Shown here in pieces: positions 28,934 through 39,665 of a stretch of 64,000 nt of DNA. Both the position numbers and the translations under genes were made by a program. How positions within the stretch are numbered: position 1 is the first letter of the stretch; every line of letters begins with the position of its first letter. Source of the stretch: Rhodospirillaceae bacterium. GTDB lineage: Bacteria; Pseudomonadota; Alphaproteobacteria; Rhodospirillales; Rhodospirillaceae. The notes under the pieces are model-generated. The model made no database searches. It was not told where the DNA came from and worked only from the letters and a program-made list of their open reading frames with translations. The stretch lies in NCBI GenBank assembly GCA_965228575.1, contig CBDDHW010000007.1:6076-70075 (forward strand). Reading direction: 5' to 3'.

Positions 28934-30017
28934 TGGACACCTCTACTGGTTTTTGGTCTGTGCGCGCTTTCAAAGTATTTGGAATGCGCACTTCATGAGC
29001 AAGACATAAGGCAATTGTAAAGAGAATCAACGCACCTGCCTGGTGCGCAAGAGCCGGCCCGAAGGGAACAACCAACACAAGAGTTGAGATTCCAAGGGCA
29101 ACTTGCAGCGCGGCCATAATCACAAGACGATTCACGAGGCCGCGCGCGCGGGTATTGAGATTGAGCGGTCGGGCTATCCACCAGGTGGCAATGATCAGAC
29201 CGACCAGAGTGATCGCGAGGACGCGGTGGTTAAATTGGACGGTTTTTATGTCTTCGAAGATTGCGAGGTACCAGGGCTGCGGGCCGTACAGTCCGTCAGG
29301 AATCAACTGACCCGCCATCAGCGGAAAGGTATTGTAAATGAACCCGGCGTTTAGACCTGCGACAAAAGCGCCAGAAAAAGAGACCAATAACACTGCCGCG
29401 GCAACACCAACGGTTAGGCGGGCGAAACGGATATCATGATTACGTGGCGAAGGCGTGCGCCGCGCCGCGCGCAAGAGGTCCATGGCAACCCAAAGGATGA
29501 ACGCGTAGACAATGAACGCGAGTATTAAATGCGCCGCCAAGCGGTACTGGCTGACATCGGGCCTGTCCTGCAAGCCGCTTGCAACCATGAACCACCCTAA
29601 AACCCCTTGCGCCCCGCCAAGAGCGAAAATGCCCGCGAGTTTGAGTGTAAGCGGGCGGTCCAATGCGCGTTTAAAAGCAAACCATGCAAAGGGAACGGCA
29701 AAGACAACTCCGATAAGCCGGCCCCACAGGCGGTGGATGTACTCGAGCCAGTAGATGTCCTTGAAATCCTCGACCGTCATCCAGGAGTTTTTCTTCTGAA
29801 ACTCAGGTGAGGTTTGATAATTTTGAAACTCGGCGAGCCATTCGGCGTCGTTGAGAGGCGGGAGGACAGTGAGGGGTTTCCACTCGACCATGGATAGGCC
29901 CGAACCGGTCAACCGGGTAGCACCGCCAAGAACCACCATGACGAAGACCATTCCCGCGCATACCAGAAGCCACCATGCGATGGGGCGCGTGAAAGGGTTG
30001 GTTTGCGTGGACGTCAT
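28920..30017 (-). CDS. ctaA: Heme A synthase (COX15/CtaA)
   Basis: 365 aa, 8 TM, with GGATRLTGSGLSMVEWKP and HR...A motifs. 14-nt overlap with tldD. Confidence 0.85.
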   Translation of the reverse strand: MTSTQTNPFTRPIAWWLLVCAGMVFVMVVLGGATRLTGSGLSMVEWKPLTVLPPLNDAEWLAEFQNYQTSPEFQKKNSWMTVEDFKDIYWLEYIHRLWGRLIGVVFAVPFAWFAFKRALDRPLTLKLAGIFALGGAQGVLGWFMVASGLQDRPDVSQYRLAAHLILAFIVYAFILWVAMDLLRAARRTPSPRNHDIRFARLTVGVAAAVLLVSFSGAFVAGLNAGFIYNTFPLMAGQLIPDGLYGPQPWYLAIFEDIKTVQFNHRVLAITLVGLIIATWWIARPLNLNTRARGLVNRLVIMAALQVALGISTLVLVVPFGPALAHQAGALILFTIALCLAHEVRIPNTLKARTDQKPVEVSNGRS

Positions 30018-30174
30018 GAATGTGGCCTTTAAGAAACAGAGGGTTAGGATTTAGGGCAATGCGCTGTCACGCACAAGGACGACTCTTCCCCTGACGGTTT
30101 TGCTTTGCGCCGTAAGGGCGTGTATACGGCAGAAACCAATGCGCGCAAGACGGTCCGGCGTCTCTGGAGACCCA

Positions 30175-30921
30175 ATGTCTGATTCCATCAATGATCCTGA
30201 GCTGTCTGTTGTTATTCCGGTCAAGAATGAAGCGGAAAATATTGCGCCGCTCGTTCATGAGATTGACTCCCATCTCGTTGGCCGAATTGTTTTTGAGATC
30301 GTTGTCGTAGACGACGGATCCGATGACGGCACGGATCGGGAACTTAGCACGTTATTAGATACGCTCCGCCATGTTCGCGTTGTGCGCCACGAACGAAGCT
30401 GTGGACAAAGTCAGGCGACAATTAGCGGTGCCTTAGCGGCCAAAGGTGAGTGGATTGCAACCATCGATGGGGATGGTCAAAATCCACCGGCAGATATTTT
30501 AAAATTGCTGGACGCGCGCTCCGAGTTCGTGTTGCCGCCAACCTTGTACATCGGTCATCGTGCATCACGGCAAGATAGTTTCGCTCGGCGCCTGGTTTCA
30601 AAAGTTGCGAATGGTGTTCGTGGGCTTTTGCTCGGTGACCGCACGCCGGATTCCGGATGCGGGCTAAAACTCTTGCGCCGGAGTTTTTTCCTCGACCTAC
30701 CGCGTTTTGATGCTCTGCACCGATTTATGCCGGCGTTAATTTTGCGCATGGGTGGCCAAGTCATTTCCGTTCCTATCGGCCACCGGCCGAGGACCAAGGG
30801 CGTTTCCAAATACGGCATCTGGCGCCGGGGTGCGGTGGGCGTGATCGATATGATCGGCGTTGCTTGGTTGCAGATGCGTTATACCCGCCCTGTCACCCAC
30901 GAGCGGCGCCGCAAAAACTGA
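30175..30921 (+). CDS. GT2 polyprenyl-phosphate glycosyltransferase (ArnC/DPM1-like)
   Basis: Start at MSDSINDPELSVVIPVKNE, then VVVDDGSDDGT, DGDGQNPP, and a C-terminal TM. Confidence 0.8.
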   Translation: MSDSINDPELSVVIPVKNEAENIAPLVHEIDSHLVGRIVFEIVVVDDGSDDGTDRELSTLLDTLRHVRVVRHERSCGQSQATISGALAAKGEWIATIDGDGQNPPADILKLLDARSEFVLPPTLYIGHRASRQDSFARRLVSKVANGVRGLLLGDRTPDSGCGLKLLRRSFFLDLPRFDALHRFMPALILRMGGQVISVPIGHRPRTKGVSKYGIWRRGAVGVIDMIGVAWLQMRYTRPVTHERRRKN

Positions 30922-30969
30922 ATGTCGGGTGCGGTCTAGCCGCCCCATAAAAATGAGGGAGCCAATTTT

Positions 30970-31284
30970 ATGAGCTGGTTTTTTACATGGTTTCTCACCA
31001 TGAACATCTGGAAGACTGTTGGCCTTCTCGGTCAGTTGGTTTTTGGCTCCAGGTTTTTTGTGCAGTGGATCGCCAGTGAGCGCATGAAGCGCAGCGTCAT
31101 CCCGCTTGCGTTTTGGCACCTTAGCTTGACAGGTGGCCTGCTGACGTTTGCCTACGCCATCTACATTCAAGAGCCGGTTTTCATTATCGCGCAGCTCGGC
31201 GGCATTATTATTTACAGCCGCAACCTCTACTTTATTTATCGCGACCGGCGGCCCCACCCCTTGCTAGGGCCTGATAGGGAGTAG
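30970..31284 (+). CDS. Lipid-A-disaccharide-synthase N-terminal (LAB_N) domain membrane protein
   Basis: 104 aa with GLLGQLVFGSRFFVQWIASER...IPLAFWHLSLTGGLL..YAIY, typical of PF07578. Commonly paired with an ArnC-like GT2. Confidence 0.75.
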   Translation: MSWFFTWFLTMNIWKTVGLLGQLVFGSRFFVQWIASERMKRSVIPLAFWHLSLTGGLLTFAYAIYIQEPVFIIAQLGGIIIYSRNLYFIYRDRRPHPLLGPDRE

Positions 31285-31285
31285 T

Positions 31286-31888
31286 TTAATTCTTATCGCT
31301 CGCGTCTTGTGGCCTTTGAGACCAGGGGTGCGTCGTGCCAACTGTAGTCGCCCGCTCATGTGTTTTTAGGGTGGAAAAAACACCGTCGCTAATCTCATCA
31401 TTGGACAGCCACCGCGACTGGCCGTCAGGCATTATCTTAAACCCCAAAATAATCTGCCTGTAGTCCAGTCCGGGAAAAGTGCGAGAGAACTTTTGATTCC
31501 ATTCATTAAGTTTATCCACTTGTGATGGATCGGCAGCGGAGCCTCCCAGAACATGCCAAAACACTCCCCTTGCATATCGTGCCACGGTGAGCAGTGCGTT
31601 CGGCGCAAGGTTCTCGTGTATCCAACACACAACGCGCGACGGTTTGTCGTGCTCAGAACACATGCCATGGAGTGCATTTTCTAAAGTTAAAGTGTCGGTG
31701 TAGTCGAGCGAAAGCGGAACAATCCGACCGCCACCTGCCGCCGCCTGCGCCGCAATGCGGTTGAGCCGCCCAGTGCCCCGCGCAAGAACCGAGACAACAT
31801 GATTTCCGGGCTCCTCGGTCGCGAGCTGTTCGCACATCTTTGCAAGCATCCCACTGCCGCCCACCACCAATGTATGACGTGGGTTCAT
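31286..31888 (-). CDS. Hypothetical Rossmann-like (SDR-related) protein
   Basis: 200 aa with N-terminal LVVGGSGMLA. No clear catalytic YxxxK was seen. Confidence 0.4.
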   Translation of the reverse strand: MNPRHTLVVGGSGMLAKMCEQLATEEPGNHVVSVLARGTGRLNRIAAQAAAGGGRIVPLSLDYTDTLTLENALHGMCSEHDKPSRVVCWIHENLAPNALLTVARYARGVFWHVLGGSAADPSQVDKLNEWNQKFSRTFPGLDYRQIILGFKIMPDGQSRWLSNDEISDGVFSTLKTHERATTVGTTHPWSQRPQDASDKN

Positions 31889-32014
31889 TTGCTAAGTGTT
31901 CCTTGGATCCCATGAGAAGGCCTTGAGTCAGTGTAACTGCTTCCCAGAGAGTGTGAATTTTGCGTGGTTGGCCTTCCCAAGCCCTTGACTCAGCCCACCC
32001 GCCGCACTACCTAA

Positions 32015-32041
32015 CTGGCACTCGAGGCGGGGGAGTGCTAA
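32015..32041 (+). promoter_or_regulatory. CIRCE operator (HrcA binding site) upstream of groES
   Basis: CTGGCACTC-N9-GAGTGCTAA versus consensus TTAGCACTC-N9-GAGTGCTAA. A candidate promoter TTGACT (31985-31990)-N17-TACCTA lies just upstream. Confidence 0.8.
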
Positions 32042-32098
32042 CACTTTTCTGCATATTCATAAAAACTGTTTAAAATCAATCTATTGATGGAGGATTGA

Positions 32099-32386
32099 AT
32101 GAAGTTTCGGCCACTGCACGACCGAGTTCTGGTGAAGCGGGTCGATAGCGACACCAAAACCAAGGGCGGAATCATTATTCCCGATACCGCACAGGAAAAG
32201 CCCATGGAGGGCAAGGTGATTGCTGTCGGGCAAGGCGCTCGCGGTGAGGATGGGAAGATCCAGCCTCTCGATGTGAAGAAGGGTGATCGCATCCTATTTG
32301 GAAAATGGTCGGGCACTGAAGTGAAGGTCGACGGCGACGAGCTGTTGATCATGAAAGAGTCCGACATCATGGGCATCATCCAGTAA
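32099..32386 (+). CDS. groES: Co-chaperonin GroES
   Basis: 95 aa, [14 protein letters not shown]...[13 protein letters not shown]. Confidence 0.97.
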   Translation: MKFRPLHDRVLVKRVDSDTKTKGGIIIPDTAQEKPMEGKVIAVGQGARGEDGKIQPLDVKKGDRILFGKWSGTEVKVDGDELLIMKESDIMGIIQ

Positions 32387-32403
32387 GCCCAACTGTCCAC
32401 TAG

Positions 32404-34086
<1,683 letters not shown>

Positions 34087-34115
34087 GCCCGCGTTTCCCA
34101 ACGCACAGTTAAGGA

Positions 34116-34147
34116 GGGCCGCACATGAACGTGCGGCCCTTTTCTTT
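34116..34147 (+). terminator. Intrinsic terminator after groEL
   Basis: Perfect 9-bp stem gggccgcac / gtgcggccc with a 6-nt loop, followed by ttttcttt. Confidence 0.75.
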
Positions 34148-34212
34148 GCGTTCTTTTGCGATCAGCGCGATCATGTGCGTCATCCTCGGTCTCTAATCGT
34201 TAAGGGCAAATT

Positions 34213-34803
34213 ATGTCACTCGCACCGTCATCCTCATTCTTGAAGGTTATTGCCCTGCTCTTGTTGTTCACCATCGTGCCCGGAACGCTTTTCGTCTTGT
34301 ACACGCGCACGGGCGGGCCGGAGTCCAGGAAGGAATTGGCTTTCCAGAAAAATATGCGTTACGCGCTGATGTCTGGAGAACAAACCATAGATTTTGCGCC
34401 GCTGTCGGAGTGGCCGTGGGTGCAAGTATGCGCATTAGATCACGGTATAACGGAAACTGAATTAACGGATCTGTTGGGATTTGAATACGAACACTTTGGA
34501 ACACTTCACTGGGTGCGCCTGGAGGAGTATTGGACTCTTCTTTTTATCGATGATGAGCGTGAAGCAAGCTGGGGGATGACCAGACCTATTACCCCGGTAA
34601 GAATTCCGAGAAAGGAACTCGCCGATTTGATCTTGCCGGACGGAGCGATAGGTCGGTGCGTTGGCTTTCAAGAGGATATAATTATAGCGCGGCGTCCGGC
34701 GCCGGTTGGCACAACGCCCATTGTGGTGAGATTCGATCTAGACTCAGATCAAGTTGATACCTTGCCTGACGCTGAGATTGAGGACGCCGCGCCGCGCCCG
34801 TGA
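34213..34803 (+). CDS. Hypothetical signal-anchored protein
   Basis: 196 aa with one N-terminal TM helix and no motif recognised. Confidence 0.4.
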   Translation: MSLAPSSSFLKVIALLLLFTIVPGTLFVLYTRTGGPESRKELAFQKNMRYALMSGEQTIDFAPLSEWPWVQVCALDHGITETELTDLLGFEYEHFGTLHWVRLEEYWTLLFIDDEREASWGMTRPITPVRIPRKELADLILPDGAIGRCVGFQEDIIIARRPAPVGTTPIVVRFDLDSDQVDTLPDAEIEDAAPRP

Positions 34804-34807
34804 GAGA

Positions 34808-37574
34808 TCAATTTTTCTGATCGGCACTCTTTAGAAAAGATTGTATTTCGGTGAGGGCGTCTTTCAATCCGAGGCGGAGAAAAGGTGTCCCTTTGGGGAA
34901 CGCTCCTTTGAGCCGGGACGGCATCATAGAGTCGAGCAATACGAATACCCCATGATCGGTTTGGCGTCTGATCAGGCGCCCGAAAGCTTGTTTCAGGCGA
35001 AGGCGGGTGATGCCGTCATCGTAGGTGCGCTTGCCGAAAGCGGCGCGGCGCGCCTTATGCAAGATGTCCGGGCGCGCCCAGGGGACACGATCGAAAACCA
35101 CCATGCGTAAGGATCGACCAGGAACATCAACCCCTTCGCGCACGGCATCGGTACCAAGGAGACATGCTTTTTCCTCGGCGCGAAAAATATCGACGAGCGT
35201 AGAAATATCCATCGCATCGACATGCTGTGCGTACAGTGGGAGGCCCGCGGTTTCCATCGGTTCGGAAATTTGCCGGTGAACCTCGCGCAGACGCGTTATG
35301 GCGGTGAACAAGCCCAACGCTCCGCCGCCCGCGGCAAGAAATAATTCTCGGTAAGCTGCGGCAACTTGGGTCATATCGTCTTTGCGGACATCGGTTATAA
35401 CAATGACCCGTGTGCATGATGCATAGTCGAAAGGCGAGGCGAGAGTGGCCCGCGCCACTGGCGGCGCGAGGTGACTGGCGCCGACCGTTGTTCCGCATTC
35501 TCCCAGTCGGCGTCGTGGTCGCATCGCCGGTCAGCAGCGTTGCCGACGTAATTGCCAGTCCTGGCGTGGTCCGCGAGGGCGCGCGCAAAGGGGAGAGTGG
35601 GATCGACCCAATGACGATGTAAGCCAACGTCAATATCGTATCCGTCAGTACGATTAATCGCGAACCAATCGACAAATTCGGACGGCGTCGAGTCATGTAA
35701 GGCGGAGAGCATCGCTCTCCATGCCGCCAGAGGAACAATACCGCGGCGCTCTAGGGATCGGATCATGGCTTCGATCCGCGCGCGTCGATTACTGTCAAGA
35801 TCCGATGACTCGGTATCGAGGGTGCGCGCAAACCCCGCCATTAAACTACGCAACGGGCGCTCGAGTTGGGCCAGAGCGCCCTCCAAGACTGTAGCGGCGT
35901 CGAGTAGGCCGTCTATCGTCGGCTCAGTTTCGCACTCCAGGGAGTAGGGCGAGGCCGCATCGGATCGCGCCAGAACTTGTTTGCGAACAAGGGCCAGGAA
36001 GTGTTCCGCCGGGCCTCGGGGGGCACCGTCTTTTAACCTGTTCCGCCAACCCGGGGCGGGCAATATACGGGCGGCCGCGAGAGCTTCGTCTAGGATCGCG
36101 GCAAGTGAGTCGCCGGTTTTGTTCTCCTCGGCGATCAAGTCATCGGCGCGGCGTTTAAGTCCGCGCGCCCGGCTGCGGCCCGTTCCACCTTCAGCGCCGA
36201 GCAACCATCGCCGGAGGTCGGCGGTTTCAAGGCCACTAAGGCTGGCCGAAAACGCGGAATCCGCAGCGGCGAATATGTGGTGCCCTTCGTCAAAGACGTA
36301 CCGTGTGGGGCGCGCGGCATCATCAAGGCCTCCAAGAGCCGCCTGGGTCATAACCAGAGCGTGGTTGGCGACAACGATATCTGCATGCCGCGCCCGGCGG
36401 ACAGTATGTTCGACAAAGCACTTTTTATAATGGCTGCATGCGGTGTAGATGCATTCACCGCGCCGGTCGGTCAGACCAAGTGTGCGTTCGCGGCTGAGGA
36501 TTTCAGGAAGCCAGCCCGGAAAATCACCGCCGATCATATCGCCGTTGCGTGTAGCGCCCGCCCACCGGGCAAGAAGGCCCAATGCAATGGCGTCATGCGG
36601 TTGGGCTTGTAGCCGCGAGAGCGCATCTTCGAAGTTTAAAAGGCAAAGGTAATTTTCTCGGCCTTTTCGAATGACGACTTTGCGCCGTTTTTTGTCTGGG
36701 TCGGGGATACAGCCGGTCGAGTTCTTGATCGAGCTGACGTTGCAGATTTCGCGTGAAGGTGGCTAACCAGACCGCACCACTATTGCGCTCGGCCCAGAGA
36801 CTCGCCGGGGCGACGTAGCCAAGAGTTTTGCCGATCCCTGTTCCAGCTTCGACGAGGGCAAGGAGAGGTTGATCGGGATCCTGGCGCGGTTGAAAGGCAG
36901 CCGTAATATTTCGCGCATACGTGCGCTGAGTCATGCGAGTTTCCGCGTCAGCACCGATTAATTCGGCGAGACGCGCTTCACTTTCTTCGGGCGCGACGGG
37001 CTCGCTTCCCGGAGAGGACGGCGGCGCGCGTTCTTCCCATTCGGGTAAGTTCATCCAAACCCGAAGCCCGGCAGCCGGACCGTAACCTTTGGCCTGATTC
37101 GGATCTCCGCCGAGTGCAGCGAGCACACTTGGCCCCCAAACCCAACCGCCGCGGGACATTGCACCCGCAACCCCCGCTAATGTCTTGGCGTCAATGGCGG
37201 AGAGTTGAGTCAATGTGGTGAGCAGTTTTTTTCACCACGGCCAACAAGGTCATGGGCTGGTCGTCTAGATTTTTGGGCGGAGGCAACTGAAGAACGTCAG
37301 CGAGCCCGCCGACCGTTGGCAGGCAAAACGTTGCGGGGTGAGTGAACGCAAAAAGCTCGAGGACATCGGCGGCAGCGAAGCGGTTGGTCCGCAGATGCGC
37401 GGCGACAGCGGGGGCGTGACACAGAATAGGGCGCGCGGACGCCAGGTATTGTCCGGCGGCTTCCGACGGTTTTGTTGTGATTTCCCCGGTTGGATTGAGG
37501 ATAACTGCCGTTGTCCAGTCCGCAGCCGCGACCGGAACCTCAGGAATCAAAACGCGGCGGGAAGGCGAAGACAT
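34808..37574 (-). pseudogene. DinG/Rad3-family (DEAD_2 + Helicase_C_2) ATP-dependent DNA helicase, interrupted by at least 5 frameshifts
   Basis: Four collinear ORF pieces (37574-37191, 37213-36593, 36582-35395, 35524-34808) plus a short stretch in a third frame. Motifs: Walker A GTGIGKTLGY, DEAH-type YVFDEGHH, VVANHALV, LAITSATL, and C-terminal LLGTDAVREGVDVPG. Junctions sit at homopolymers (see findings). Confidence 0.8.
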
Positions 37575-37719
37575 GGAACAAGAGCCGGATCAACTTATGG
37601 AGCTCAGACCTGTACCCTTGCACCGCCCAGAGTGCAAATATCTCATGGGTGTGTTGATTTCACGTCCTGGTCCCAATAGGGTCCCGCGGTCCCGCCCATA
37701 GCTTGTTATAGTTCATGTC

Positions 37720-39313
37720 ATGACTGATATTGCTGCCACTGCCCGCCACTGCAACGCTTGGCCTTTCGCCGAGGCCCGCGCGTTGTGGGACCAGCGGCTC
37801 AAGGAAAAAGAACCCGAACGCGGTTATGTCCTTTTCGAAACCGGATACGGGCCGTCGGGATTGCCGCACATTGGAACCTTTGGCGAAGTGGTGCGCACAA
37901 CTATGGTGCGCCGGGCCTTCGAAGCGTTGGTCCCGGGGGTGAAGACTCGGTTGTTTACGTTCTCCGACGATATGGATGGACTGCGTAAAGTTCCCGACAA
38001 CGTTCCGAACGCGGACATGATTGGTGAACATTTAGGCAAGCCCCTGACGCGTATCCCTGATCCCTTTGGAACCCACGAGAGTTTTGGGCATCACAATAAC
38101 GCGCGTCTGCGGACGTTTTTGGACTCCTTCGGGTTCGAGTACGAATTTAAAAGTGCAACGGAGAGCTATACCTCCGGTGAGTTCGATGCGGCATTGCTGC
38201 GCGTACTCGAAAAATACGATGACGTCATAGAAGTTATTTGCCGACCCTAGGTCCCGAGCGTCGTGCAACCTATTCTCCGTTTCTGCCTGTGTGTCCGAAG
38301 ACCGGCGTTGTCTTGCAGGTGCCGATCGTTGATAGAGACGTTAAGGCGGGCCGCATCGTTTATAAAGACGAGGACGGTAAGGACGTTGAGACCGCCGTGA
38401 CCGGCGGGCATTGCAAATTGCAATGGAAATGCGATTGGGCGATGCGGTGGTATGCGCTCGGCGTCGACTACGAGATGTCCGGGAAAGACCTTATTGATTC
38501 GGTCAAGCTTTCGGGTCGCATATGCCGCATTCTCGGGGGAACGCCACCCACCAACCTCACGTACGAATTATTTTAGACGACGGCGGACAAAAAATATCGA
38601 AGTCCAAGGGCAATGGTCTGACAGTGGACGAGTGGCTGCGGTATGCGCCGGCGGAAAGTCTTTCGCTGTTCATGTATCAAAAACCGAAGACCGCCAAGCG
38701 GTTGTACTTTGACGTGATCCCGAAGGCCGTGGACGAGTATCTAGACCACTTGCGCAAATTTCACGATGAAGCGGATGACGCAAAACTCAATAACCCGGTA
38801 TGGCATATTCACAGCGGACATCCGCCGCAAAACGCCGCGCAGGTGAGCTTTGGGATGCTGCTGAACCTTGCCGGTGTGTGCCACGCCGAAGAGCCCGGCG
38901 TGTTGTGGCATTACATCTCGCGGTTCGCCGAAGGGTCGACGCCCGAGAGTGCTCCTCTGCTCGATAGTTTGGTGAAATACGCGGTGGCCTACTATCAGGA
39001 TTTTGTAAAACCCGCGAAGGTTTACCGCAAAGCTGCGCCGGAAGAGCTGCCTGCCTTCACTGCATTGCGCGACGGCTTGAAAGACTTTGAGGACGATCCC
39101 ACGCCTGAGAACCTACAAACTCTGGTGTACGAAGTGGGCAAGGCGCACGGTGATGTGTTTTCCTCTCTGCGCGCGTGGTTCAAGGCGCTGTACCAAGTAC
39201 TTCTTGGTCAGGACCAAGGCCCGCGTATGGGATCGTTCATCGCTTTGTATGGTGTGACGGAGAGTGTCGAGTTGCTCGAGCGCGCAATTGCCGGTGAGGA
39301 TTTGGCGAACTAA
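37720..39313 (+). pseudogene. lysK: Class-I lysyl-tRNA synthetase, interrupted by two 1-nt frameshifts
   Basis: Three collinear pieces. HIGH-type [11 protein letters not shown] in piece 1 and KMSKS-type KISKSKGNG in piece 3. Adding one T at T3 38237-38239 and one at T4 38571-38574 restores ...[12 protein letters not shown]... and ...[19 protein letters not shown]. Confidence 0.85.
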
Positions 39314-39335
39314 GCGCAAGTTGGTGTTGCGCTTA
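39311..39335. terminator. Perfect 9-bp hairpin spanning both convergent stop codons
   Basis: taagcgcaa (39311-39319) / ttgcgctta (39327-39335) with a 7-nt loop. There is no flanking U-tract, so terminator function is uncertain. Confidence 0.4.
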
Positions 39336-39665
39336 GGTATTCAACATGAACGCGAGCAACTTATCTCCGTTCTCGAATGTCATATGGGTGCCGTCCTGAA
39401 AATCATTGTCGTCCCCGTCAAATGTACTGGGGAACGGCGTGTCGTAAGTGTTGACACTTGAATTGTTGTAACTCGCAGCTGTGTTCAACAGCTGATCTTG
39501 AATTTCGCAGTATTTTGTCTTTTCTTTAAATAAGTCGACGACCTTTGGGTGCAGAGGGTTTGTGTAAATTTTGAGCGAAATCTTATTCGCCGAGCAGAAA
39601 TCAATAATTTTATAGAGGTAAGCAATTCTTCGGGGGTGAACGTTTTCGACTTGATTCGCCATCAT
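39333..39665 (-). CDS. C-terminal half of an SGNH/DltD-like domain (separate 110-aa ORF or continuation of the upstream fusion gene)
   Basis: Contains FDGDDNDFQDGTHMTF (a DxxH-like block). The start overlaps the upstream stop as TAATG. One extra T in the run (complement of 39667-39670) would fuse it in frame to the upstream gene. Confidence 0.45.
   Translation of the reverse strand: MMANQVENVHPRRIAYLYKIIDFCSANKISLKIYTNPLHPKVVDLFKEKTKYCEIQDQLLNTAASYNNSSVNTYDTPFPSTFDGDDNDFQDGTHMTFENGDKLLAFMLNT

Noticed and set aside
35127-35738. 203-aa minus-strand ORF overlapping the helicase pieces
   Set aside because: It is not an independent gene. Only a short stretch (GLAITSATLLTGD) is real helicase sequence read in this frame because of local frameshifts. 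The rest is out-of-frame translation.
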